Shown: piece by piece, positions 23,830 through 37,708 of the stretch | How the letters are laid out: the number at the start of each line of letters is the position of its first letter | How positions within the stretch are numbered: position 1 is the first letter of the stretch | Source: Octopus sinensis | Lineage: Eukaryota | Assembly (NCBI RefSeq): GCF_006345805.1 | Contig: NC_043010.1 | Location: 18,786,001 to 18,850,000, forward strand | Length of the DNA stretch: 64,000 bases | Reading direction: 5' to 3' | The notes under the pieces: generated by a model | The model's input: only the letters and a program-made list of their open reading frames with translations | Told to the model about the DNA's origin: nothing | Database searches by the model: none | Translations under genes and position numbers: made by a program

Positions 23830-23941
23830 GTGATTACACTGCAGGACATTATTGACGTCAGTGGATTGTACTTTGATGAAATTGAAATCTGGGCCTTATG
23901 CAGAGAAGCTGTCAAGTCTTTGCAGAATACCCCGTATATTG
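23830..23941 (+). CDS. KNDC1: Exon 5 (KIND2 start)
   Basis: VITLQDIIDVSGLYFDEIEIWALCREAVKSL; TAG acceptor, GTGAGT donor; phase 0 to 1. Confidence 0.9.
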
Positions 23942-24259
23942 GTGAGTAGATTTTCTATGTCTCAACCAGGAATTCAGCATTCGTTCCTCCTCCCCTAACT
24001 TTACAACTCCTCCTACCTCTCCACTCCGGGGGCCCCGTAACACTCAACAACCTAACACCTACCTCTTCTCCTCCTCCTCTCTCATACCCTTCCTCCCTTC
24101 CAATACCACTCATCCTCTGCCATCACTACAACTCACTCTCTCTCTCTTCTTTCTTTCCTACTCTCTCCTCTCACTTTTGATTACCATCACCATCACCACC
24201 ACCACCACCACCACCACCACCACCACCACCTGTTTATCTATCTAACTATTTATTGCCCA

Positions 24260-24472
24260 CAAGGGGCTAAACGTAGAGGGGACAAACAAGGACAGACAGA
24301 GGGATTAAGTCGATTACATCGACCCCAGTGCAAAACTGGTACTTAATTTAACAACCTTGAGAGGATGAAAGGTAAAGTTGACCTCAGTGGAATTTAAATG
24401 CAGAACATAACGGCAGACGAAATACTGCTGAGCATTTCGCCCAGTGTGCTAACATTTCTGCCAGCTCACTGC
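24260..24472 (-). mobile_element. tRNA-derived SINE family D (central cctttcatcct..ggggtcgataaattaagtaccag domain, resembling the Meta-SINE core)
   Basis: Homologous copies at about 25715-25910(+), 27113-27320(+), 53435-53530(+) and 59428-59635(+). The superfamily assignment is from memory and is not verified. Confidence 0.75.
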
Positions 24473-24520
<48 letters not shown>

Positions 24521-25489
24521 GTGATGGGATATTTTGAGATTTTGATGATGATGATGATGATCATCATCATCATCATCTCCATTGTCCATGATGGCATGGA
24601 CAATGGACATTTTGACCAGGGCTAGTAAGCTGGAAGGCTGCAACAGACTTCAGTCTGATTTGGCATGGTTTTCTATTGCTGGATGCCCTTCCTAACGCCA
24701 ACCACCCTGAGAGTGTAATGAGTGCTTTTATGTGCCACTGGGGCTGGTACCATTTGCATGACACCAGGCTGCTTGTATGAGCCACTAGCACGTGTGCCAT
24801 TTGTGTGATGCTAGTATCTGCTGTGACTGCGATTTTACTTGACTTGATAGGCCTTCTTCTCAAGCACGACATAATGCCAAAGGTCTCGGTCATTGCCTCT
24901 GTGAGACCCAATGCTCGAATGGAACTCAGCCACTTTGCCTTCATGAGGCCTATCTATCTATCTATCTATTTGTCTGTCTGTCTATCTGTCTGTCTGTCCG
25001 TCTGTCTGTCCGTCTGTCTGTCTGTCCGTCTGTCTGTCCGTCTGTCTGTCTGTCCGTCTGTCTGTCCGTCTGTCTGTCTGTCTGTTCAATCGTCCATTTA
25101 TCCATCCATCCGTCTTCTATGTGTCCCTCTGTCTGTCTATCCGTCCGTCTGTTCATTCGTCCATCTATCTATGCATACATCTATCTATCTGTCTGTTTGT
25201 CCGTCTGTCTGTCCATTCGTCCATCTATCTACCCCTCTATCTATTTGTCTGTCTGTCTGTCCATCCGTCTGTTCATTTGTCCATCTATCTATCTATCCAT
25301 CCATTGTCCATCTATCTATCCATCCATCTATCTATCTGCCTGTGTGTTCAGCCCTGTTTGGTCAATAAAGAAAGCCTGTCTGTCTGTCCTTCCATCCATC
25401 CATCCATCCATCCATCCATCCATCCATCTATCTGTCTGTCCGTCCGTCCGTCCGTCTGTCCATCCATCCATCTATCTACCTATCTATCA

Positions 25490-25538
<49 letters not shown>

Positions 25539-25920
25539 CACAACTCACAAATCCGAGACTTCGTTGTTGTTGCTGCTTCTGCTGCTATTTCTAACAGTCA
25601 AATATTCTGCATTGATGATTGTGGGGTGAAGAATTGTGGCTAACAACTCCATAGTTCTGGGTTTTGATTTCATTCTTCTTCAAATTAAGGTCCTGAGCTG
25701 ACAGAGTCTTTAGCACAATGGACAAAAAGTTTGGCAGCATTCTTCCAGCATTTTATGTTCTGAGTTCAAATTCTGCCGAGGCTGACTTTGGTCATTGTCC
25801 TTTTGGGATCAATGATATAAGTACCAGCTATACACTGGTGTTGATGTAATCAACTAGTCCTCTCTGCCAAAATTTCAGGCCTTATACCTAAAGCAGAAAA
25901 GATCATTGTTATTATTATTA

Positions 25921-25955
<35 letters not shown>

Positions 25956-26016
25956 ATTATTGTTGTTGTTGTTGTTGTTGTTGTTCTAACTATATTGCCC
26001 TGACTCTTACTTGCAG

Positions 26017-26129
26017 TGTTATATGAAGAACTAGACATGGTCGGGCTGCAACCAGATGGACATATGGTGTTCACTGACCAACAAAGGATCAAGCAAGAGC
26101 ATAGCAAAGATACACCGATCAACGAAAAG
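26017..26129 (+). CDS. KNDC1: Exon 6 (KIND2)
   Basis: VLYEELDMVGLQPDGHMVFTDQQ...NEK; ttgCAG acceptor, GTAACA donor; phase 1 to 0 bridges exons 5 and 7. Confidence 0.78.
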
Positions 26130-26689
26130 GTAACAGTGTTTGATTCTGTTGGCCAATGTTCGTGAAGAGATTGGTGCTTGTCATCAGTTGTACCTGCTGG
26201 AGATGCACACAGAGCAATGAAACTGCTCTGCTGCTCTTGTCCAGTGCCCAAGCATTGTCTTGAACACCTGCTGTCACGTGTAGGATGGATCTGACCATTG
26301 GTTGAGTCCATTGTGAAACTGTGGGTCAACATGGAAGTGGTGCCTTCCAGCAATTTTGTTGAAAGATGAGTGAGATTGGCAAAAATGGTCTGAGTGGTTA
26401 AAGGCCTTCTCTAAGTATTTAGCTATAGATTGAATGAAGTGGATGAGGGGCAGGCACTTGCTCTAGTAGTCAGGGTAACTGTGGTTTTGTGGGGTTTCCA
26501 CAAGCAGTCCTAGGAAGTCTCCCTCTTTTGGGGAACTCTTCTTTGTTGGAGTTACTGTTTTCCTTTTTTTTTCCTGCTCCTTTATGTAACCCCACATAGT
26601 ATTGTCGTGTACCATCCCTAAACTTTTTGTCAACCCATAGGGGTTAATAAAGGAGACATTATTATTACATATAATGTCATTATCATTGT

Positions 26690-26815
26690 GGAGACACATG
26701 GCCTAGTGGTTAGAGCAGTGGACTCGCGGTCGAGAGATCGCAGGTTCGAATCTCAGACCGAGTAATGTGTGAGTTTATGAGCGAAACACCTAAGCTCCAC
26801 ACGGCTCCACCTAAG
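26690..26815 (+). mobile_element. tRNA-derived SINE family C (head)
   Basis: tggcctagtggttagagc (A box) ... ggttcgaatctc (B box). A fuller copy lies at 37964-38260. Confidence 0.75.
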
Positions 26816-27318
26816 CTCCACACTTTACAAAGGGCACTGGGTGCTTTTTACATGGCACCAGCACTGACAGGGTCACCAAGTAACTTGTAAGACAAAAACC
26901 CCTCAGCTGGGGGAAGGTATTATTAGTGGGGTTTGGTGGCTTTGTGCCATTTGAGAGATTTAAGGTCTAGAGGGGACAGATATATGTGTCTTGCTGTAGA
27001 GTAGCAACATGGACACCCAGTTGGAAAACAAAGGAAAGTGAGTTGGAGAGTAAGATAAAGTTATATATTTTTATAAAGGATTGACTTAGCTTTTAATCCT
27101 TAGAAAGGATTGGTGAGCTGGTAGAATCATTAGCACACCAGGTGAAATGCTTAGAGGTATTTCATATCTTCGTGTTCTGAGTTCAAATTCTGCTGAGGTC
27201 AACTTTGACTTTCATCTTTTCGGGGTTAATGAATTAAATACCAGTTGAACACTGGGATTGATGTAATTGACTAGTCCCTTTCCCACCAATTCCAGACCTT
27301 GTGCCTTTATAAGAAAGA

Positions 27319-27354
<36 letters not shown>

Positions 27355-27908
27355 GAGTGAGAGAGCAGTGCATGCCATGAAAGTGACACTGGGGTACAAA
27401 TATATGAAGCCCAGTATACCCATCATGACAACCCTTCTGATAAGGGTACACCAGGCACATGCATCACAACCATTTGTGCGCGACATGGTGATCTCATATC
27501 AAGATAAACAGCACATGACCTTGCAGATGGGCCCAGTTAGAATTTTCTTCTGGTCGAGTAGCCCATCCTGCTTAAAAGATCCCTGAATAAGGATTGTTTA
27601 AGGATGTTGAACAAACTACCCATGTTTCCGAAGGTGAATTATCCAAACCTCCAAGAATTCCTTTCAACACATGGCTATGATGCTCCCCCACTACTTCTGC
27701 TCATGATCAGAGATGCACATACCGTCAGCCACCAAGGGACATGGTCAACTGGTTATGGTCAAGCAACTGATAAGCAAATCTGTGGTATTGAGTAGAATAT
27801 TTGCTGTAGCCCATCTTTTATACCAAGATAAAACAATGTACATGATAACACTTCCAATCAGTTAAGATCAGAAGCCATGAGAGCCAGTGCCTGGTACAGC
27901 ATCAGGGC

Positions 27909-27959
<51 letters not shown>

Positions 27960-27974
27960 CATTATTATTTTATG

Positions 27975-28393
27975 TTTGACTTTTGCTTTATATTTTTACA
28001 AGTTGGCTCCAAGTCTCACCCAGAGACCTCAAGAGACAACAAGTTAGAAGTTCATGTTGGTGTTATGCCTAGGGTGCCATATATTTGGTTTTGTACATAG
28101 TGTTGTTCTAGAGAATGTTTAAGGAACCATAAGAAAATTATGTTTGTTTTAAAACTGGAGATTACATAGAAAGTATTTTGCGTAGGATATGGGCAGTTTT
28201 CATGAGCACTATCTTTTGAATTTTGGGGGTTTCCTGATATCTGAGGTAGGTAGCAATCAGCCCCTTTTGCTATCATTCCTAGGGCACCTATGACAACAGC
28301 TATTGTTTTAGTCTTCAGGTTCCACATTTTGCTAATTTCTATTTCAAGATCTTTATATTTGCTCAGTTTTTGGTAGGTCTTGACAGGCAGGTC

Positions 28394-28400
<7 letters not shown>
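27975..28400 (-). mobile_element. 3' end of a non-LTR retrotransposon with restriction-like endonuclease
   Basis: MWNLKTKTIAVVIGALGMIAKGADCYLPQISGNP matches the C-terminal RLE segment (P-V-V-I-G-A-L-G) of site-specific LINE clades; (AAT)n tail. Confidence 0.75.
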
Positions 28401-28450
<50 letters not shown>

Positions 28451-28628
28451 GCTTTTAACAGATCCCACTAGAGTCAGTTAAATAATATGGAGTGGTTGGC
28501 ATTAGGAAGGGCATCCAGCTGTAGAAACTCTGCCAAATCAAGATTAGAGCCTGGTGCAGCCATCTGGTTCGCCAGCCCTCAGTGAAAATCGTCCAACCCA
28601 TGCTAGCATGGAAAGCAGACGTTAAACA

Positions 28629-28661
<33 letters not shown>

Positions 28662-28935
28662 ATGTATCTTGGTTTAACAAGAAGTGACCCTTTCACACAG
28701 ATCACTCTATTGCAAGCATTCTAAGTAGGTCACAAGTCTAAGGACAACCCCTAAAGTAATAACCCCTGTGCTATAATTTCTTTCTTCCTCTCCCACTACC
28801 AGTCGACAGTAGGCCCTGCATCAAGGAATCACAAGAGCAACTCTCCCTCCTCTAAGCCATTAACTTAAAATTTCCCCATCCATTCTACTTGAATGTCTAA
28901 AGTTCTCAGATGTTGTTAAAAACCTTTCCTTTCAG

Positions 28936-29103
28936 CTGAAGGTTGCTGTCCGCAGTGTTGGTGCGATCCTGTGCCGAGCTGGGGGTTCAAAGTGTTCAAC
29001 GTCAATAGCCGAGTTGAATATGTCTGATGACATAACAGATCTGATTGGAAATATGACACTTTCTCAGCCGCAAGACACAGTGTCCTTTGAAGATTTATGT
29101 CAG
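28936..29103 (+). CDS. KNDC1: Exon 7 (KIND2 C-terminus)
   Basis: LKVAVRSVGAILCRA...DDITDLIGNMTLSQPQDTVSFEDLCQ; phase 0 to 0. Confidence 0.85.
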
Positions 29104-29242
29104 GTATTGTCAGTTAATAAACAATCTAAGGTGGTGCTTCTTAACCTTTCTAATATGTAGGCCAGATGCCAAACCTGGATTCTTTTTTAGGAGACCATGC
29201 CAAAAAAGGGAAACAAGGGTCAATTAAAGAAAAAATTATCAT

Positions 29243-29630
29243 AGGTGCAGGCATGGCTGTGTGGTAAGAAGCTTGCTTACCAACCACATGGTTCTGGGTT
29301 CAGTCCCATCATGTGGCACCTTGAGTAAGTGTCTTCTGCTTTGCCTCAAGCCAAACAAAGCCTTGTTAGTGGATTTGGTAGACGGAAACTTAGAGAAGCC
29401 TGTCGTATATGTATGTATATATTTATGTGTGTGTCTTTGTGTCTGTTTGTCCCCCCACCATCTCTTGACAACCGATGTTGACATGTTTATGTCCCTGTAA
29501 CTTAGCAGTTCAGCAAAAGAGACCGATTGAATAAGTACTAGGCTTACAAAGAATAAGTCCTGGGGTCAATTTCTTTGACTAAAAGGTGGTGTTCCAGCAT
29601 GGCCACAGTCAAACAACTGAAACAAATTAA
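29243..29630 (+). mobile_element. Family A SINE
   Basis: Full-length homologue with a short internal microsatellite. Confidence 0.88.
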
Positions 29631-29965
29631 ACAAAAAAAAACATTTAATGAGAAAAAACCACTGAGGGTCGCCGGATTGATGCTTGAGGGATGCATACGA
29701 TCCTGGGACCAATTGAGAACTTCTGATCTAAGACCACATTCGTTATTCAGTGGATTTTTATTGTTTAGTTTCTTCAGCCATTATTAATGGAAAAGTTTAA
29801 AGATTTAAGGAGGTCAGGAAGTCCATTTCTCAACTACATGGTTCCAGATTTGATCCTGTTGTGTGAAACTTTGGCAATGTCACCCCAACCCTTGCTTTGT
29901 CTCACTCTAGTTTTATCTCTCCTTCTCATTCCACCCAACAGCTTCACCTTTTTTTTGCTGTAAAG

Positions 29966-30191
29966 ATTTGCCAAAATACAATATTGTGTCTTGTTTGTCT
30001 TCCATTTCACCAACAACAATCTACTCTGCAACTGTAATGAACACCACCACAACAATGGATACTCGAACCACCACCACCACTACTGTGACCACCGACAATC
30101 CAAGAAATGCGAAGACTATGAAAGAACTGCGGTGTATACGTCTCAGAATATCTGCCAGAGTCTTTATGAAGAATGTTGGCACAAATTGGCA
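29966..30191 (+). CDS. KNDC1: Exon 8 (acceptor uncertain: 29966, 30105 or 30147)
   Basis: Open frame ...KCEDYERTAVYTSQNICQSLYEECWHKLA ends in a strong GCA|GTGAGT donor, phase 0. The 5' boundary is unresolved. Confidence 0.55.
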
Positions 30192-30283
30192 GTGAGTTAC
30201 TTTGATGTTGCTTTGATGATGAATCTGTTGGAGTAGGAGAGCTGTTAGTATATATATATACATATATATATATATAGATAGAC

Positions 30284-30321
<38 letters not shown>

Positions 30322-30325
30322 TATA

Positions 30326-30408
<83 letters not shown>

Positions 30409-30635
30409 TAGCTAGATAGTTATATGTATATATACAAACACATATATACATTTATAGTTAGATAAGATTCAGATGAAATCCTTGTATAGTTGCTATGCAA
30501 AGCTCATCCACAGTTATTGGCTACCTGATGTCATCATATAATGGAAATGATCCTGCTACTAGATATATGTCAGAAATTCCATGGTATCTGTAGAGTTTAT
30601 ATAAACAGATAGATGATAGGGAATGGAATGAATGC

Positions 30636-30832
30636 GTTGCAGCTTCAGATGGTTCTGAGTACGGTATAGGAGCAGTAATGCTACATAAATATAAAGATGG
30701 TAACGTGAAGGCAGTGGTTCATGCCTCATGTTTTCTGATATCAGCAGAGAAAAATTTGGTCAAATTCAAAAAGAAGCTCAAGCGAACATTTTTGCTGTGA
30801 AAAAATTTCACAAATTTTCGCACAGTAGAGGC
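30636..30832 (+). mobile_element. Gypsy RNase H fragment
   Basis: VAASDGSEYGIGAVMLHKYKDGNVKAVVHAS...AEKN..QIQKEAQANIFAVKKFHKF. Confidence 0.85.
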
Positions 30833-31068
30833 TGGTTGCTCTGCGGTTGGTCAAGCGATGTGGATACTTCTCATAAGAACTGAATAAGTTTTGTAAATTG
30901 ATTGAACCAGTTCATAAATTTTTCAGTCAATGGAGAAATCATTGAATTTGCAATGTTTATCTAGCTTGTTTTTGTGTTAGTGAGACCAAGGAGAAATAGG
31001 GAGCTAAGATAGGTGGACAGATAAACACATCATCTTTTTGTATCATTAATATTTGAGTTTCACTTCAG

Positions 31069-31546
31069 ATGAAAATTGAAGAAGATGGCGCCAGCTCTGA
31101 AGAAGATTTTGTTAGTAATGGAGATCTAAATGATGCTAACTCTGAGAAATCAGTAAAAAATACTTCCTTTGATAATGGTTCAGATGATACACAAAAATCA
31201 GCCTTTGTATCCGTGTTAAACCAGCCGGACAAACCCCAAAGTAAGGTCCTCAACAACGAAAATGTGGACCTTGCTGTCCCTTATGCTTTCAGATCAGTGG
31301 CTACTCATTTCAAACCAATAGTGGTAAATTCAGGAAGATTCCCTGCCATTGGTGAGGAGGAAGAAACTGGCGTGATGCTGGAAGCCACATCATCACAAGA
31401 GACTTCTCAAAGAAAAAGAAATTCAACTTCTCCAGTTCTTACCCCAGGTCAGCGTGTTGTTGAGAAGCTGAGACAACTGGAGCAAGTTTACACAAAACGG
31501 TACCCTAGGGCTACCTCATTTGGGTCCAGACCCCAAAAAACACTTG
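31069..31546 (+). CDS. KNDC1: Exon 9
   Basis: ttCAG|ATG ... TTG|GTAAGA; phase 0 to 1. Confidence 0.83.
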
Positions 31547-31734
31547 GTAAGATTGATTATATTTGTAGAACACACAGACACAGACACACACATGCACACA
31601 CACACACACGCACACACACACACACAGACACACACACACACACACACACCTTATTCCTATTTGAAAAATTGGTGCTTAATATGATTTTTGAACCATATAG
31701 AATTTTCCAAACTCTCTTTACCTACCAGTCAGAA

Positions 31735-31887
31735 GAGAACCTGTATGTATGTGTGCATGTGTGTATGTATGTATGTATGTATGTATGTATGTATGTATGT
31801 ATGTATGTATGTATGTATGTATGTATGTATGCATGTATGTATGAGTGTGTCTATGTATGTATGTATGTATGAGTGTGTCTATGTATG

Positions 31888-31921
<34 letters not shown>

Positions 31922-32200
31922 TGTATGTATGTATGTATGAGTGTGTCTATGTATGTATGTATGTATGTATGTATGTATGTATGTGTGTGTGTATGTATGT
32001 ATGTATGTATGTATGTATGTATGAGTGCGTCTATGTATGTATGCATGTATGTGTGTATTTATGTATGTATGTGTGTGTCTATGTATGTATGCATGTATGT
32101 ATGTATGTACGAATGTATGTATGTATGTGTGTGTTTATGTATGTATGCATGTATGTATTATGTGTGTGTCTATGTATGTATGCATGTATGTATGAATGTG
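31735..32200. repeat. (TATG)n microsatellite
   Basis: Direct reading; a similar (CATA)n block lies at 47270-47880. Confidence 0.95.
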
Positions 32201-32839
32201 TTTCCTTTGGAGTTTTGGGATGTCTGGATTGGATTATGTGTGCATATGTGCATGCATGTGCAAATAAACTTGCACTCATGCAGATGGTGTGCATGCAACT
32301 TTGGTGTGCAAGTGTGTGTATACTTCATTACTGCTTGTGTGTGTGTGTATGTGTGTTTGTATGTATGCACGTACGTATGCATGTTTTTGAAATGTTGCTC
32401 TGTTGCTATCGCTCTGTTGCTATTTTTGTGGTAGATTCGTTAATTTATTATAAAGTGGAAAGAAAGAAAAGATGAAAGAAACATGAAACATCTGTGGTGT
32501 TAGCGGTGTTATGGGCTGTGATGAGCTATGTGGTGTTGGTGGAGGGGATGACAGATGAGGTGGGCGGAAGTAAGGCTTGCAGGGTCTGGCGGAAGAGTGA
32601 AAGGGGCATGCGTGGGCAGGAAGTATGTGTGGTGAGGAAGCATGTGTGGTGAGGAAGCACGTGTGGTCAGTCCCAGCAAAGAGTGCAGTGTGACAAGACG
32701 TGTTGACTTCGTTAGAGTGAATGCTGATTTCGCCGAGGTAAGGCCTTTTGTATTTCTTTCTCCCGTTGCTTCTTTTTCTGTTGTCCTTTTCCTCCATCAC
32801 ACTACAACATCATTAGAGTTTCTTTTTCTTTTTATTTAG

Positions 32840-35242
32840 AATCAAATGTGACCAAAGTTGAGAATGTTCCATCAGGTGAGGCTGGAAGAGGAGACTTATG
32901 CCTGTCCCAGAGATTCGACATGGAACAACTTGCTGAAATGATTCTGAACAAACTCCAAGATCAAAAGACAACAAGCTGCAAACCAATTCTGCCACCAAAG
33001 ATGTCTGAATATCAGGCATTGGCCTATGACAACCAGCAGCTGCCTGTAGTGATGGTTCCAGCTCAAAACCTTACCATGACAATGGGTCTTCCATTGGTCC
33101 CTGCTTGTGAAGCTAATCATGGAGAGGCAGCCAGGTATGGCTTTAATAAAATCAAGTCCCCTCAGTCAATGGCTTGCCTTCAATGTGGCACTCAGTCTAT
33201 GAGTTCCGTTTCTGTTTCTTCTTCTCCTTCTTCCACTATATCATCTGTTTTACCAAATTTCTCAGAGACACCGACAAGTAACCAATCGAGATATTCTTGC
33301 TCTGACAACGATGGGAAGGAAATGGCAGCGGATTTTTGCAACTGTGGCAGATCAAAGCGAACCCTGAAACTACAGAGCAACACAAGCAGCGAGGGCAGCA
33401 ACAGTAGCAGCAGCAGCAGCAGTAGCAGCAGTTACTGTCAGTTGTGTCTCGATGAAAAGCAAATCCTGTTTCCCCAACAATCTCGGTGTGAAGAACTATC
33501 AAGGAATTTCGATGGGTTTCTTGGCCATAAACTTCATTTCCAAGAACAGAACTTTGATGGCGTTAATGAGGAATGTTTAAAGACCTCTTGGCAGCAGAGT
33601 GCTCAACAACAACAAAAACAACATCAGCGAGATCTTCCCCACCCCTGTCCCCACCACCACCACCAACAACAAGGAAAGCTGCATCAACAACAACAAAATC
33701 ATTGTCAAGAACAGCAAAAACAATGTCAGAATGATGAATACCAAAACCAACAACAACAACAACAAGAAAAACAAGAAAAACAATGTCTGCATTCACCTCC
33801 TCCTTCTCTAATTCCTTCTCCACACCACCACCACCACCACCAGCACCTCCACCACAACCGTCATCATCAACAGCAGCAACAACAAAATGAACCAAACCAA
33901 TTAGAAGACTGCTACCAGCAGCAGCAGCAGCAGCATCTTCATTATCAATGCCACTACCTTCAGCAACACCAACGACTCCATCATTGTCATCATAATCATC
34001 ATCATAATAGTCATCAGTTACAGAATCCTCAGCAGCAGCAGCAGCAGCAGCAACACCACCACCAACAACAACAGATGAATGACAGCCCCTTAATCAACAG
34101 CTCCCAAACTAATGAGAAAAACAACAACAACACCAGTAAGAATAGAAGTAGTTGCAGCAACGAAAAGTTTCCAACAGGCAACAGAAGGGAGTCCATATGT
34201 GGCGTTCACCGTCAACAAAGTGCAATAGAGAATCAGAACATCGAGGTATCAATTGTGAATCCACACATCAGTGACAATGATGACAGCAACAACAACAGCA
34301 ACAACGACAACAACAAAAATGGTTCCGTGACGAGAATATTTGATGAGTGGAACCAGCCCAATGTCTGTGAGAAGAGCTGTTGCAATGGTGGCATAAATGT
34401 CTGCAATGAAGATCTGCCTTTCAATGGCAAAGCTTTGCAATGTGATGGTTCGTCTGACAATGCTGTCGACTGCTTGAAATGTAAACTCGATGAAATTCTT
34501 TGTTCTTTACAGAAAAGGTGCTTCCATTGCAAGAACATGCAAAACTGTGGCAGACACCTTGCTGAGCATCAACACCCTTGGAAGGAATTCAACGAACGCT
34601 GTGAAAAGAATTTAAATGGTTCTTATATCCACAGAGAAGCCAATCCAAGCAGTGGGTCACACCAAATTCTTTCTCCTATGTCACTGGTTGACTGTCAAAC
34701 CAAGAATGAGTACAAAATGAGTTCAAGGAATGAATTCAGCATTAGAAAACACTTATGTTGTTCTTCTGTCTGCACAAAACAAATTTCTGAAGAAACTGTC
34801 CTAAATACTGACATCGCAGGAACTGCCAGGTGTTCCTGCCTCAAAGAGCCCATGCCAAATGTCAGTTATGAAGTGTCTCCATTCAAAGATGAATCTAAAG
34901 AAGTCAGTAAAAATCTCTGTTCAAAAGAAACTCCATTATATGCCCAATGTGAAAGAATCCCAAATATTTCCACTCCGTTCATATCTCCCAGGAACGAGTG
35001 TCAAGACGCTAAAGAAAATGGAGTGCAAATTGAACATTGGCAGCAAGCTGAGATCAGTGAGAGAAAGCAAGATAGCAGCCGAGAGGACCGACCAAAGATA
35101 TCAGAAGTGTTTGGAACTTATTGTAGATCAGACAAAATAGTTGCCAAGCAACTGAGCTTGGTTTACAAAATCATGGATTTACTCCAACCAAAGTCAGCTT
35201 CAGATTCAGCTGTTAACGAAGAATCAGACCATTTTCTAATAA
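32840..35242 (+). CDS. KNDC1: Exon 10 (2403 nt; poly-Q/H, poly-S, poly-N, Cys-rich)
   Basis: Uninterrupted frame between tttTAG and A|GTGAGT; phase 1 to 1. Confidence 0.85.
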
Positions 35243-35462
35243 GTGAGTACTTCTTTAATTTACCACATAGCCATTTTCTTCCCCTCTTGACCATCTATCT
35301 TCTGACCAGTTTGTTGTTTATCTCATGTCTGCTGCTTTCTTCCGACACAAATTCTTACTTCTAACCTTTAACGTCATTTACATAAAAAAACTTTTAGTTA
35401 ATACGTTCTCTGTATTAATCTTTCTATTTGTTTGTGTATGTGCGTGTGCATGTGTGTGTGTT

Positions 35463-35501
<39 letters not shown>

Positions 35502-36212
35502 CTTGGTTCATTAAATACTTTGTCATGTTCAAGCATTATCGTTCCAGTTTTAGATTTCTTAGTATTTTCTTAGTAGTTTAATCATTAGCTTCATGCATCA
35601 TCAGTCATGTATTGATTCGTTTGTCTCAGTCAAATTCCAATCATAAGTGCATTGAAAATTTTTTTTTGTCATTAGCCACATGTTAATTTTTTTCATGTGG
35701 GTGTCTGTCTATTAATTCTGGTTTTGTAATAGTGATTTGTGTTTGATTTCTATAAGCAATTTCTTATGTTTTGTGCCGAATTTTATGAAATATCCCTTTC
35801 CCTCCAGTATTTTCCTAGCAAATGACATTTTGTTGTGTCTGATGCAATATTATTGAAAAGCCCCATGTTGCAGATGCATGACAAGCCAATATGAGAGTGT
35901 TCTGTTGGTCTGTTCAGTGTAACAGTTATTGTCCTGAAGTTTGCAACTTCCTGTTTTACAGTCAAATTTATGGATTATATTGGTCCTCCACAGATGGTTC
36001 TCAGGTTGATATACCCATGATGTGTCATAGATAAGAAGGTTTTTGATTTTGGTACCAAAATTGTGATATTTATTATCTTGCTTGGAAACAAGTAAGAGCT
36101 GGTGTCAGGAAGAGCATTCAGCTATTGAAAATACCATTGTGGTTGCTGGCTAATCTGAGCCATGCAGGCATGGAAAAGTAGAAGTTAAAACAAAGCTGCT
36201 ACTGCCATTATG

Positions 36213-36244
<32 letters not shown>

Positions 36245-36303
36245 TATATACATACATATGTATGCTTCAGTATATATATATATATATACTTATGTGTATA
36301 TAT

Positions 36304-36374
<71 letters not shown>

Positions 36375-36382
36375 ATATATAT

Positions 36383-36647
36383 ATCCGTAAATATAAGAGA
36401 GCTAACTTTGAATATGTTAACTCTAGTGCTAGAAATAGCTCCACCGGTATAGTCGCCAACGATAATTCCACATAGAAATAGCACTACCCTCAACGAAATG
36501 AAATTGAAATACAACTAAAAAGTGGATTAATGTTGTACAATTGTTTCTTCATCAACAAAATATGCAAATTGAGTATAATTTGCATATTTTGTTGATGAAG
36601 AAACAATTGTTAACATATTCAAAGTTAGCTCTCTTATATTTACGGAT
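36383..36647. mobile_element. Double fold-back element (39-bp outer arms, 34-bp inner palindrome)
   Basis: 36383-36421 vs 36609-36647, and 36537-36570 vs 36577-36610. A hammerhead-like remnant TGATGAAGAAACAATTGTTaaca lacks stem II. Confidence 0.7.
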
Positions 36648-36744
36648 AAATATGTATTTGTCTCCCTGGTTTATTGTGCTAGGTCGCTTGGTGTTAAAAT
36701 AAGGGTATTATTGAATTAATATCTAATTTTTTGTCACCCTCATT

Positions 36745-36779
<35 letters not shown>

Positions 36780-36999
36780 ATACTGAAATGGATGGTAAAT
36801 GATGATGATGATGATGATGATATATATATAGGAAATAATGAAGATTCAGTTGAATTAGGTACTTAAGTTGAGGCACCAAGTCAGTTCGGTATTATCTGCA
36901 CAGCTCGAAGTAAGGTGAATAAAATGCAAATAAATAACAAGGATGTGAAGGTACAGTGGTAAGATGCACTAATACCTGGACATCCTCGTTAGTTATTTG

Positions 37000-37071
<72 letters not shown>

Positions 37072-37306
37072 GGTATATATTGTGAAGGTCAAACGCATTG
37101 TTACTCCAAGTTTATAGCAATCAGCTTTTTTAACGAACGCTTCTGGCTTGTTTAATGATTGAACAATCCACCAGGTGAAGCTTAACGAGCCAATCAATTG
37201 GATCTTTGCAGCAAATTCAGCCTTATTCTCTGCAGTAAATGTTACCTGGTTATTCTCAGAATAACAACCTTATTTTAACATTCACTCACTTACATCTGTG
37301 TATGTG

Positions 37307-37359
<53 letters not shown>

Positions 37360-37708
37360 TGTGTGTGTATGTGTGTGTAATGTGTGTATGTCCGTGTGAT
37401 GTGTATGTGTATGTTTGTGTGTGTGTGTGATGTGTATGTGTGTGTAATGTGTGTGCGTATGTGATATGTGTGTGCATGCGTATGTGCGTCATGTGTGTGT
37501 GTGTGTGCACATGTGTCGTGTGTGTGTATATGCGTGTGGATGCGCGTGTGTCATGTGTATGTGTGTGTGCATGTACGTGCACATGTTGTGTGTTTATGTG
37601 TGTGCATGGCCTGTGTGTGTGTGTGTGCGTGCATGGGTGTTAATTTCTCTTGCTGTCATTGTTGTTGACATTCTTCTTGTTGATATTGTGATGCTGCTGG
37701 TCCACCAG

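Noticed and set aside
37100-37220. Hammerhead-like CTGGTGG...GAAGC on the minus strand
   Set aside because: Three or more core mismatches; indistinguishable from chance.
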